Assembly: GCA_031459535.1 (NCBI GenBank)
Contig: JAVKIJ010000003.1
Location: forward strand, 1-64,000
DNA: 64,000 nucleotides
Direction: 5' to 3'
Source of the DNA: Candidatus Fervidifonticultor quintus
GTDB lineage: Bacteria > Sysuimicrobiota > Sysuimicrobiia > Sysuimicrobiales > Humicultoraceae
This document shows positions 19,723 through 28,708 of the stretch, piece after piece. The notes beneath the pieces are model-generated. The model had not been told where the DNA came from. It worked only from the letters and a program-made list of their open reading frames with translations, and ran no database searches. A program made the translations under genes and the position numbers. Each line of letters starts with the position of its first letter. Position 1 is the stretch's first letter.

Positions 19723-20682
19723 TTACGGGTGGTGCGTCAGGTCGGCCCACCCTGGGATCCCGCCAAGTCCCCTGGCTGCCCTGACGGCACGGCGGATCGC
19801 TTCGGCGGTGGCGCGCGCGGCCCCTTCGCCCAGGCTGGTGAGGTCGCTGGGCCCGTGGGTGCCCGTGCCCAGCACGAACACGCTGTCACCATCGAAGGCC
19901 GTGTGCGATGGCACGATGGCGCGGCTCAGCCCGGCGTGTCCCTGGACCGCCAGGCGCCAGGCCTGTCCCGGCGTCAGCGATGCACTGGTGGCGATGACGG
20001 CCAGCGTGGTGTTGGTGGCGAACACCGGCGCCGGAGGCCGGACCATCAGGGCGTCGGAGGCGCTGATCATTCTGCCCTGGTCGTCGCGGCCTGCGGCCAG
20101 CAGGTTCCCCTGCTCGTCGACCACGTCGCCCAGCGCGTTGACCACCACCAGCGCGCCGACCACGGCACCGTCGTACAGGCGGATGCTCCACGACCCGACG
20201 CCCCCCTTGGTGGCGCGGTCGAGTCCCAGCACCTTGCCGACGGTGACCCCGGTGCCCGCGCCGACGCTGCCTTCCTCGACAGGACCGTCGCTGGCGGCCA
20301 CGCAGGCGGCGTAGCCCATGGCGGCGTCGGGCCTGGCCTGCGGGTCGCCCACACCGAGGTCGAAGACCACCGCCGCAGGCACGATCGGCACACGAGCCAC
20401 CCGTGTGGGGAACCCCGCACCACGCTCCTCCAGGAAGCGGACCACCCCCTCCACTGCCGAGAGGCCAAACACGCTGCCGCCCGTGAGCAGGACCCCGTGC
20501 ACCTCGGGGCCCAATGAGGCAGGATGGAGGATGTCGGTCTCGTGGGTTCCCGGAGCGCCGCCGCGGATGTCTGCGGCGGCCAGCGCCCCCGGCTCGTACA
20601 GGACCACGGTGCAGCCGGTCAGCCCCCGCAGATCGGTCGCGTGACCGACGCGAATGCCCGGGATGTCCGTGAGCGAAGGCAT
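19723..20682 (-). CDS. P1/S58 family self-processing peptidase (DmpA/NylC-like)
   Basis: LTDIPGIRVGHA, DIRGGAPGTHET, LTGGSVFGL, GSVGAGTG, N|TTL autoproteolysis-type site and FDGDSVF. Confidence 0.88.
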   Translation of the reverse strand: MPSLTDIPGIRVGHATDLRGLTGCTVVLYEPGALAAADIRGGAPGTHETDILHPASLGPEVHGVLLTGGSVFGLSAVEGVVRFLEERGAGFPTRVARVPIVPAAVVFDLGVGDPQARPDAAMGYAACVAASDGPVEEGSVGAGTGVTVGKVLGLDRATKGGVGSWSIRLYDGAVVGALVVVNALGDVVDEQGNLLAAGRDDQGRMISASDALMVRPPAPVFATNTTLAVIATSASLTPGQAWRLAVQGHAGLSRAIVPSHTAFDGDSVFVLGTGTHGPSDLTSLGEGAARATAEAIRRAVRAARGLGGIPGWADLTHHP

Positions 20683-20712
20683 GATGGCGGCAGCGAACGC
20701 TCTCGAAGCGTC

Positions 20713-20738
20713 CTTCGCAGATACCTACCGCAACTCCT
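20713..20738 (-). promoter_or_regulatory. AGGA-N18-GAAG promoter-like motif upstream of the P1 peptidase operon
   Basis: Minus strand GCAGGA-gttgcggtaggtatct-GCGAAG. The same motif recurs upstream of other genes. Confidence 0.45.
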
Positions 20739-20759
20739 GCCGCGGCGCCAGCACCGCGC

Positions 20760-21365
20760 CTACCTTCTGCCGACCGGCATGATGTAGAGCGGCTCCTGGC
20801 CCTCGGGGAGGCCCAGGATCGTCCGTACGCGCCGGTCGTCGAAGGCGCCGACGACCACCGTCGCCAGTTGAAGTGCCTCGGCTTGCAGGCAGACGTTCTG
20901 GCCCGCGTGCCCGGCGTCCATGTGAACGTAGCGCCTGCCGCGCTGGCCGTAGCGACCGGTGGTGCGCTCGTAGATGGCGGCGAGGACCACGTGGGCCGCA
21001 GCCGCGCCGACGCAGGCCTGGTCCAGCGCCGCAGCCATCAGATCGCGCCGCACGTCGCCCGCCCTCACCAGTTGGAGCGCGTGGGGGCCCGCCAGGTAGT
21101 GGTAGACGCCGGGCTCGAGTCCCTCGACGCGCGCCGCCACCAGATAGACCTCGAGGGGATACAACGCGCCGGCCGACGGCGCCGTCCGGTGGCCGGCGTC
21201 GTCGGTCACGCCGTAGGCCGCCCACAGCAGCTGGGCAGCCTCGGGCAGGGTCAGCGGCGCGTCGCGGTACTCTCGGACCGATCGCCGCGCGGCCAGGACC
21301 TCCTCCAGCGAGGCGCGTCCGCGCAGGCGCGGCGCGGGTAACTCCACGGTCGTGCTCCAAGCCAC
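20760..21365 (-). CDS. SagB/ThcOx-type nitroreductase family flavoprotein
   Basis: RRSVREY, RTAPSAGALYPLEVY, GVYHY and MDAGHAGQNVCLQA. Confidence 0.88.
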   Translation of the reverse strand: MAWSTTVELPAPRLRGRASLEEVLAARRSVREYRDAPLTLPEAAQLLWAAYGVTDDAGHRTAPSAGALYPLEVYLVAARVEGLEPGVYHYLAGPHALQLVRAGDVRRDLMAAALDQACVGAAAAHVVLAAIYERTTGRYGQRGRRYVHMDAGHAGQNVCLQAEALQLATVVVGAFDDRRVRTILGLPEGQEPLYIMPVGRR

Positions 21366-21387
21366 CAGTCTCCTCCCACAGCAGCCC

Positions 21388-22374
21388 TCAGCGGGCGAGT
21401 AGCCGGATCAAGACCATGCTGACCGCCGCGATCGTCACCGACGCCGCCAGCCCCACGTAGAACGGCCCCAGTCCGATCTGCCGCATGCGTCCCAGGTCGG
21501 CGCTCAGCCCCACCGCGGCCATGACCATCACTACCAGGAATCTGCCGACCAGCGACGCCCAGCGGACCGCTGCGGCACCAAACAGGTGGAGGCTGTTCAT
21601 GGCCGCGGCCGCGACGAACCAGAGGACGAACCAGGGGAAGATCTTTATCAGATCCACGCGGGCGCCCAGGCCCCCATGGCCCACGCGGCGCGTGGTACTG
21701 TGGACGATCCCGTAGAGCACCGCCAGCGGCACCAGGGCCAGCGTCCGGGTGAGCTTTACCACCGTGGCCACCCGACCCGCGGGTTCACTGAACGCGAACG
21801 CCGCGGCCAGGACCGACGACGTATCGTGGATCGCGGTTCCGGCCCAGAGTCCGAAGACCGCATCGGACAGCGCCAACAGATGTCCCAGCAGTGGATAGAC
21901 CAGCACAGCCAGCATGTTGAACAGGAACACGGTGGTTACCGCGAAGGCAATCTCTTCCTCTCGGGACTCGATGATGGGTCCCACGGTGATGATGGCTGTG
22001 GCGCCACAGATCGCGGTGCCGACGCCGATGAGGCTCACCAGGCCCCTGGGCGCCCGCAGCGCCCGGCCCAATGCGGCCACAAGCCCCAGCGCCAGCACGA
22101 TGGTGGCGGCGATCACCGTCGCCGCCGCCGCGCCGATGGTGACCACCTGTTGGAAGCTCAGGGTGGCGCCGAACAGGATGATGGCGAGCCGCAGCAGCCG
22201 CTTCAGCGTGAAGTCCGCGCCGTCTCGCAGCGCGGCCCTGGGGCCGACCGTATTGCGGACCACCAGGCCGGCGACCAGGGCCAGCACCGGTGCACCGATC
22301 AGGGGTGCGAGGCTTCCGGTCAGTTGAGCAGCAGCGGCGATGAAGGCGACCGCAACGAGGCCCGGAAGGCGCAT
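21388..22374 (-). CDS. YeiH / putative sulfate exporter family membrane protein
   Basis: Polytopic. GTAICGATAI, FGLWAGTAIHDTSSV, VKLTRTL and FPWFV. Confidence 0.88.
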   Translation of the reverse strand: MRLPGLVAVAFIAAAAQLTGSLAPLIGAPVLALVAGLVVRNTVGPRAALRDGADFTLKRLLRLAIILFGATLSFQQVVTIGAAAATVIAATIVLALGLVAALGRALRAPRGLVSLIGVGTAICGATAIITVGPIIESREEEIAFAVTTVFLFNMLAVLVYPLLGHLLALSDAVFGLWAGTAIHDTSSVLAAAFAFSEPAGRVATVVKLTRTLALVPLAVLYGIVHSTTRRVGHGGLGARVDLIKIFPWFVLWFVAAAAMNSLHLFGAAAVRWASLVGRFLVVMVMAAVGLSADLGRMRQIGLGPFYVGLAASVTIAAVSMVLIRLLAR

Positions 22375-22382
22375 AGGTGGCT

Positions 22383-22430
22383 ATTCGCTGGGTAGCCGGC
22401 TGGCTCCTCGGGCCGGCCGTTGGCTATAAT
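22383..22430. promoter_or_regulatory. Back-to-back promoters: AGGA-N18-GAAT (minus, yeiH) and TATAAT (plus, glcD), both apparently leaderless
   Basis: Minus strand: AGGA 22405-22408, GAAT 22383-22386, 8 nt to ATG 22374. Plus strand: TATAAT 22425-22430, 6 nt to ATG 22437. Neither gene has an SD. Confidence 0.65.
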
Positions 22431-22436
22431 GGTCGC

Positions 22437-23867
22437 ATGGACCTGCCCTCGCTCGCTCGCCGGCTGCAGGCCATCGTCGGCGAGCCGTTCGTCCTGTTTC
22501 GTCCCGACGACCTGCTGGTGTATGAACAGGACGCTCTCATGGTCAGCCGGCACATGCCCGACCTGGTCGTGCTGCCCGAGACGACCGAGCAGGTCTCCCG
22601 GGTGGTCCGTGCGGTGCGCGAGTTCGGGATGCCCATTGTCGCTCGCGGCGCGGGCACCGGCCTGGCCGGCGGAGCCATTCCCCTGCGCGGCGGTGTGGTC
22701 GTGGTCTTGACGCGCATGACCCGCGTGCGCGAGCTCGATCTCGAGAGCCGCACGGCCGTCGTGGAAGCCGGAGTGGTCAATGCTGAACTCACCGCGATGC
22801 TCTCCCGCCACGGGCTGTTTTTTGCTCCCGATCCCGGCAGCCAGGTGGCCTCCACCATCGGCGGCAACGTGGCCAACAACGCGGGCGGCCCGCACTGCCT
22901 CGCCTACGGTGTGACCGGCAATCACGTGCTCGGTATGGAGGTCGTGCTGCACGACGGCAGCGTAGTCTGGCTGGGCGGCCGGGTTCCGGACACGCCTGGC
23001 TACGATCTGGGCGGGGTACTCACGGGATCCGAGGGGACGCTCGGCATCATCACGGCCGTGGCGGTCAGGCTGATGCCCGCCCGCGAGGCGGTCAGGACCC
23101 TGCTGGCCATCTATGACAGCATGGATGCCGCGTGCGAGGCCACCTCGGCGGTCATTGCCTCAGGCGTGATTCCCGAGGCGCTGGAGATCATTGACAACGA
23201 GTCCATGCGGGCGGTCAACCGGACACTGCGCGCGGGATTCCCGGAGGACGCCGAAGCCGCGTTGCTCATCGAGGTGGAAGGGCTGTCCGAGGCGGTCCCG
23301 ATCCTGATGGAGCGCATCGCGAACATCTGTCGCCAGCACGGTGCGCGGCGCCTCCAAACCGCGGCGACCGCCGAGGAGCGCCTCAATCTGTGGAAGGGCC
23401 GCAAGCAGGCGTACGGCGCCCTGGGCAAGCTGGCGCGGCGGGCGATCATGCTCGACGTGTGCGCGCCGCGGTCCCATCTGGCCGCCGTGATGCGTCAGGT
23501 GGCCGCGGCTGCCGCAGGCTGCGGGATCCGTGTGGCCAACTTCTTCCACGCCGGCGATGGCAACATGCACCCGAATCTCATCTTCGATTTCGACGACCGG
23601 TCACCCGAGTATGCGCGGGTCGTGGAAGCCACCGAGGGCATCATGCGCGCCTGCATTGCGGTCGGCGGCACCATTACCGGCGAGCACGGCATTGGGTTGG
23701 AGAAGCGCGAGTATCTGGGCTGGATGTACAGCAACGACGACATGGCGGCGATGAAGCTGGTCAAGCGCATCTTCGATCCTGACGGCATCCTTAACCCGGA
23801 GAAGATCTTCCCGCTGGGCCGGCCGGTCCACGAGATTCATGCGCCGGCTACGGCCGGGAGCCCCTGA
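22437..23867 (+). CDS. glcD: Glycolate oxidase-like FAD-linked subunit GlcD
   Basis: RGAGTGLAGGA, PDPGSQVASTIGGNVANNAGG, GSEGTLG, FHAGDGNMHP, GEHGIG and LNPEK. Confidence 0.88.
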   Translation: MDLPSLARRLQAIVGEPFVLFRPDDLLVYEQDALMVSRHMPDLVVLPETTEQVSRVVRAVREFGMPIVARGAGTGLAGGAIPLRGGVVVVLTRMTRVRELDLESRTAVVEAGVVNAELTAMLSRHGLFFAPDPGSQVASTIGGNVANNAGGPHCLAYGVTGNHVLGMEVVLHDGSVVWLGGRVPDTPGYDLGGVLTGSEGTLGIITAVAVRLMPAREAVRTLLAIYDSMDAACEATSAVIASGVIPEALEIIDNESMRAVNRTLRAGFPEDAEAALLIEVEGLSEAVPILMERIANICRQHGARRLQTAATAEERLNLWKGRKQAYGALGKLARRAIMLDVCAPRSHLAAVMRQVAAAAAGCGIRVANFFHAGDGNMHPNLIFDFDDRSPEYARVVEATEGIMRACIAVGGTITGEHGIGLEKREYLGWMYSNDDMAAMKLVKRIFDPDGILNPEKIFPLGRPVHEIHAPATAGSP

Positions 23868-23879
23868 ACGGGCGGCTCC

Positions 23880-25181
23880 ATGGGCGACGCCGCTTCAGCA
23901 GCATTCCCGGTGGCGATACCGCGGCCCGGCCCCGGGACGGACGCGGCGATGCCGCCGATTCCCGAACTCGACGCGTGTGTGCACTGCGGGTTGTGCCTGA
24001 ACCAGTGCCCGACCTACCGCGTCACGCACCTGGAAGCCGAGTCGCCTCGCGGCCGCATCTATCTTGTCGAGGCGGCGGCTCAGGGCAGGCTCGAGCTCAC
24101 GCCGAGCATGGCCGGGCACCTCTACTCGTGCCTGGCCTGCCGCGCCTGCGAGACCGCGTGTCCCTCCGGCGTGCAGTACGGCCGCATCGCCGAGGCTGCC
24201 CGTGAGGTCCTCGGCCCACCGGGTCCGCCGCTTGCGCGGGCGATCACGCGGCTGGCGTTGCGCCACCTGATGCCGTACCCCGGCCGGCTCCGCCTGGTTG
24301 GCCGCCTGATCGGGCTCTACCACCGCAGCGGCCTGGCCGCCGTGGCCGAACGCCTCCTGCCCGAGCGGTGGCGCCTCCGAGCCGCGCTGTTGCCGCCGCC
24401 GTCCGAACCGTTCTTCGAGCCCGAGGCCGAGGTGCTGCCGGCGGCCGGCGAGCGCCGGGCGCGGGTGGCGTTTCTGTCCGGGTGTGCCATGAGCCTGTTC
24501 TTCGCGCCGGTCAACGCGGCCACCGTGCGCGTGCTCCGACGGTGGGGTTGCGACGTGGTCACCCCCCGGGACCAGACTTGCTGCGGAGCGCTGAACAGCC
24601 ATTACGGCGAGGCCAACACCGCCCGGGCTATGGCGCGGCGCAACATCGACGTCTTTCCCGCCGATGTGGACGCCATCCTGACCAACGCCGCGGGCTGCGG
24701 CGCAGCCATGAAGGACTACGGCCACCTGTTGAGGGGTGACCCGCTCTATGCCGAGCGCGCGCGGCGCTTCTCGTCCCTGGTGCGCGACGTCAGTGAGTTC
24801 CTGGTCGAACTGGGCCCGCGCACGTCGCCACGGCCGGTGGCGTTTGCCGTGACCTATCAGGACCCGTGCCACCTGGCGCACGGCCAGAAGGTGCGCACCG
24901 AACCCCGCGCCCTGCTCCGGCGCATCCCCGGCCTCGTCCTCAAAGAGATGGAGGCGTCGGACCGCTGCTGCGGCAGCGCCGGCATCTACAACGTGCTGCA
25001 ACCCCAGATGTCTGGGACGCTGCTCCAGGAAAAGATGGCGAACATCCGCGCCACCGGCGCGCCGGTGGTGGTCACTCCGAACCCGGGATGCATGCTGCAG
25101 TTGGGGTACGGCGCGTCCCGTTTCGGTGTGCCGGTGCGCGTGGTGCACCTGATGGACCTGCTGGACGAGGTCGAAGCGTGA
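23880..25181 (+). CDS. glcF: Glycolate oxidase Fe-S subunit GlcF
   Basis: Two 4Fe-4S motifs (CVHCGLCLNQCPT, CLACRACETACPS) and two CCG domains (TCCGA, RCCGSAG). Confidence 0.88.
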   Translation: MGDAASAAFPVAIPRPGPGTDAAMPPIPELDACVHCGLCLNQCPTYRVTHLEAESPRGRIYLVEAAAQGRLELTPSMAGHLYSCLACRACETACPSGVQYGRIAEAAREVLGPPGPPLARAITRLALRHLMPYPGRLRLVGRLIGLYHRSGLAAVAERLLPERWRLRAALLPPPSEPFFEPEAEVLPAAGERRARVAFLSGCAMSLFFAPVNAATVRVLRRWGCDVVTPRDQTCCGALNSHYGEANTARAMARRNIDVFPADVDAILTNAAGCGAAMKDYGHLLRGDPLYAERARRFSSLVRDVSEFLVELGPRTSPRPVAFAVTYQDPCHLAHGQKVRTEPRALLRRIPGLVLKEMEASDRCCGSAGIYNVLQPQMSGTLLQEKMANIRATGAPVVVTPNPGCMLQLGYGASRFGVPVRVVHLMDLLDEVEA

Positions 25182-26506
25182 GCGCCCGTGCCGCAGTCGC
25201 CATGGTCCCCAGGCTCGAGGGGCTGCTCGGCCGCGAGGCCGTGATCACCGCCGATGTGGCACGGTGGAGTGTGGAAGGACTGGTCCCGACCGTGGCCGTG
25301 CGCCCCGGCGACGTCGAACAAGCCGCTGCGGTGCTCCGGCTGTGCGACGAATCCGGCGCCGCGGTGATCCCCTGGGGTGGCGGCACGGCGATGGAACTGG
25401 GCAACCCGCCGCGTGCCGGGGACGTGATCCTGCTCACCGATCGTCTCGCCGCGATCCCAGACCACGACCACACCAACCTGACGGTGACGGTGCAGGCGGG
25501 CGCCACGCTGGCGGCGCTCGCGGCGGCGCTGGGCCGATGTCGGCAGTTCTTGCCGCTGGAGCCGCCGCGCGCCTCCTCCGCTACCGCCGGCGGCACGGTC
25601 GCGACCAACCTCAACGGCCCGCGGCGGATGCGTTACGGTTCGGTGCGCGACCTGGTGATCGGGATGCGCGTGGCGCAGGCCAACGGGGTGGTGGTGAAGT
25701 TCGGCGGCAAGACGGTCAAGAACGTGGCGGGGTACGATATGGCCAAGCTCTTCGTGGGCTCACTGGGGACCCTCGGGCTGGTCACGGAGCTGACGTTCAA
25801 GGTCATGCCGGTGCCGGAGACGTCGAGGACAGCGGCCGTCTGGGGGCAGGATCCCGCCCGGCTATGGGCGCTTGCCAGGCGGATCCTCGGGTCGCCGCTC
25901 GGCCCCTCGGCGCTGGTCGTGGCCAACGCCACAGCCGCCGGCCAGCTGGTCGGGCCTGGCGGCCGCCAGGGCGGGCCGGACCGGCGCGCCGCCCTGCTGG
26001 TGCGCGCCGAAGGCGTGGAGCCTGCGGTCGCGCGCCACGCGCGCGACATCGCCGAGTGGGCGCACGGCGGGGACCTCGAGTGCGAGATGTTCGGCGGGGA
26101 CGCCGAGGCGGGTGCGTGGCGCGCAGTGTGCGACTTCGGGTGGACGAGCGCGGGTACCGCCGTGCGGCTGACAGTGCCGTCTGGCCGGACGGGCGCGGTG
26201 ATGGAACGCCTCGGCCACACCCTGCCGGCGACGACCGGCCTCTTGGCCGATACACTGGCCGGGACGCTCTGGCTCGCGTTCGAGGCCGCAGACGACGCGG
26301 CGTCCGCGTTGCCGGCAATCGCGGACCTGGCGGCCGCCTGCGGGGGCCACCTGCTGCTGGCCAGGGCACCGCACTCGTTGAAGGCCGACCACGGCGTGTG
26401 GATGCCCCAGCCGGCCGGCCGCGTGCTGGAGCTGATGAAGGCCTTGAAGCAGTCCTTCGATCCCAAAGGGATCCTCAACCCTGGTCGGTACGTCGCCGGC
26501 CTGTGA
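25178..26506 (+). CDS. glcE: Glycolate oxidase FAD-binding subunit GlcE
   Basis: GTG overlapping the glcF stop. GGTVATNLNGPRRMRYG, GGKTVKNVAGYDMAKL and FDPKGILNPGR. Confidence 0.85.
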   Translation: MSARAAVAMVPRLEGLLGREAVITADVARWSVEGLVPTVAVRPGDVEQAAAVLRLCDESGAAVIPWGGGTAMELGNPPRAGDVILLTDRLAAIPDHDHTNLTVTVQAGATLAALAAALGRCRQFLPLEPPRASSATAGGTVATNLNGPRRMRYGSVRDLVIGMRVAQANGVVVKFGGKTVKNVAGYDMAKLFVGSLGTLGLVTELTFKVMPVPETSRTAAVWGQDPARLWALARRILGSPLGPSALVVANATAAGQLVGPGGRQGGPDRRAALLVRAEGVEPAVARHARDIAEWAHGGDLECEMFGGDAEAGAWRAVCDFGWTSAGTAVRLTVPSGRTGAVMERLGHTLPATTGLLADTLAGTLWLAFEAADDAASALPAIADLAAACGGHLLLARAPHSLKADHGVWMPQPAGRVLELMKALKQSFDPKGILNPGRYVAGL

Positions 26507-26534
26507 GGACCGCCAGCGTCTCCCGCGACGGCCG

Positions 26535-28691
26535 ATGGCCCGACTGACCCTGGCGCTCGCCATCCACAACCACCAGCCGGTGGGGAACTTCTCCTCAGTG
26601 TTCGAGGAGGCATACCGGCGGGCGTATGAGCCCATGGTCGCGGCGCTCGAGCGCCACCCCGGTGTGCGCGTGGCGCTGCACTACAGCGGGCCGCTGCTCG
26701 ACTGGTTGCGCACCTCGCAGCCCGACCTGCTCGCGCGCGTGCGCGCCCTGTGCGGCCGCGGCCAGGTGGAGATCATGACCGGCGGCTACTACGAGCCGAT
26801 CCTGTCGGCCATTCCCGACCGCGACAAGCGCGGGCAGATTCAGAAGATGACGCGCGTGGTCCGGGACCTGTTCGGCTACGAGGCGACCGGGTTGTGGCTC
26901 GCCGAGCGCGTGTGGGAGCCGCACTTGCCCAAACCCCTGGCCGAGGCCGGCGTCGAGTACACCATCGTGGACGACACCCACTTTCTGCACCTGGGGCTCG
27001 CGGAGGCCGACCTCGCCGGCCACTTTGTGACCGAGGAAGACGGCCTGACCATCAGCATCCTGCCCAGCGCCAAGGCGCTGCGCTACCGCATTCCATGGGC
27101 CACGGTGGACGATCTGTTGGCCTGGCTGCGCCAGCAGGCCGCCGACGGTGATCGCGTCCTGGTCATGGGCGACGACGGGGAGAAGTTCGGCCTGTGGCCG
27201 GGCACGCACCGCCTGTGCTGGGAGCGGGGATGGGTCGAGGCGTTCTTCTCGGGGCTGGAGGATGCTGGCGACTGGCTTGTCGTCATGCCTCCCGGCGACT
27301 GGGTGAAGGCGAGGCCGCCGGTCGGCCGCATCTATCTGCCGACGGCCTCGTACGACGAGATGACGGAGTGGGCGCTTCCGGCGCCCGCGGCTGCCCGGCT
27401 CTCGGCACTCAAGCACGAGCTGGAAGTCCAACGTCGCACCGACATCTTGCCCTTCCTGCACGGGGGATTCTGGCGCCACTTCCTCGTCAAGTATCCGGAG
27501 ATCAACACCCTTCACAAGGCCATGCTGCGCGTCAGCCGCAAGGTGTGGAAGATGCGACCAGGGCCCCGGCGCGATGCGGCGCTGGACCACTTGTGGCAGG
27601 CCCAGTGCAACTGCCCGTACTGGCATGGCGTGTTCGGCGGCATCTATCTGGGCCACATCCGATCGGCGAACTGGGCACACCTGATCGCGGCCGAGCAGAT
27701 CGCCGATGCCCGGCGCGGTCGCCGCTGGGTCGCGGCCCACCTCGAGGACCTGGACGCGGATGGCCGGCCGGAGGTGTTGGTGGCCTCGGACGGGCAGGTG
27801 CTCTCGATCGATCCCCCAGACGGCGGGAGTCTCGTCACCTGGGAGGCGCGTGCTGCCCGCGTGAACCTGGTCAACGTCATGAGTAGACGGGCCGAGGGCT
27901 ATCATGCATCTCTGCGCCAGGCGATCGCGAAGGGTGAGGCCGTGCTGTTTGGGCCGGACGAGATGGAGACCATCCATACCACGCGGGTACGCGTGAAGGA
28001 GTGGGGGCTGGAACGACACTTGGTCACCGACTGGTATCGCCGGTCGAGTCTGCTCGATCACTTCCTGGCTCCCGGTGGCAGCCCCGAGGCATTCGCGCGC
28101 GGCGAGGTGGGCGAACTGGGCGACTTCGTCAATCAAGCATACGACCTGGCGCTCCAGGTGGACGATCCCAAGGCCCGGCCGGCAGGAGGCCTCCCGATGG
28201 CGTCTGTGCGGCTGGTCCGCGATGGCCACGTGTGGGTCGACGGCACCCATGCCCCGGTCCGCGTCGAGAAGACCGTGACGGTGCCGGCCGGCCGATCAGG
28301 CCTTGGGGTCTCCTACCGGGTCTCGAACCGCAGTGGCGCCGCGCTGGCCGCGGACTTCGCGGTCGAGACGAACTGGGGGGTGACCGGGGCGGAGGCCACG
28401 GTGGGGGTTGGGACCGAGTCCTTTCGGGTTGGGGATGTGCGGCAGCTCCCGTCTGTGGCGGCGTTTGCGCTGCGGGACGAGGGCTGGCGCCTGGCCGTCT
28501 CAGGCAGCGTGGTCGCGCTGTCCCCACCTGACCTGTGGGTGGTGCCCATTGAGGTTGTCTCAGCCTCGGAAGCGGGATTCGAGCGCACATTCCAGGGCGC
28601 CTCGTTGCTGATCGTGTGGCCTATGCGGCTGGAGCCAGGGACGATGTGGGAGGCAGAGATCTCGTTGGCCGTCGGGCCCCTTCCTGCGTGA
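26535..28691 (+). CDS. GH57 alpha-amylase / 4-alpha-glucanotransferase
   Basis: HNHQPVGN, WLAERVW (nucleophile Glu), GDDGEKFG (acid Asp), AQCNCPYWHG and C-terminal SEAGFERTFQG. Confidence 0.88.
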   Translation: MARLTLALAIHNHQPVGNFSSVFEEAYRRAYEPMVAALERHPGVRVALHYSGPLLDWLRTSQPDLLARVRALCGRGQVEIMTGGYYEPILSAIPDRDKRGQIQKMTRVVRDLFGYEATGLWLAERVWEPHLPKPLAEAGVEYTIVDDTHFLHLGLAEADLAGHFVTEEDGLTISILPSAKALRYRIPWATVDDLLAWLRQQAADGDRVLVMGDDGEKFGLWPGTHRLCWERGWVEAFFSGLEDAGDWLVVMPPGDWVKARPPVGRIYLPTASYDEMTEWALPAPAAARLSALKHELEVQRRTDILPFLHGGFWRHFLVKYPEINTLHKAMLRVSRKVWKMRPGPRRDAALDHLWQAQCNCPYWHGVFGGIYLGHIRSANWAHLIAAEQIADARRGRRWVAAHLEDLDADGRPEVLVASDGQVLSIDPPDGGSLVTWEARAARVNLVNVMSRRAEGYHASLRQAIAKGEAVLFGPDEMETIHTTRVRVKEWGLERHLVTDWYRRSSLLDHFLAPGGSPEAFARGEVGELGDFVNQAYDLALQVDDPKARPAGGLPMASVRLVRDGHVWVDGTHAPVRVEKTVTVPAGRSGLGVSYRVSNRSGAALAADFAVETNWGVTGAEATVGVGTESFRVGDVRQLPSVAAFALRDEGWRLAVSGSVVALSPPDLWVVPIEVVSASEAGFERTFQGASLLIVWPMRLEPGTMWEAEISLAVGPLPA

Positions 28692-28708
28692 CACGTGGCC
28701 ACCGCGAC

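Noticed and set aside
20760..21365. RiPP/azole biosynthetic cluster around the SagB-like gene
   Set aside because: No YcaO, E1-like protein or precursor peptide is nearby. Stand-alone SagB-like nitroreductases are common.
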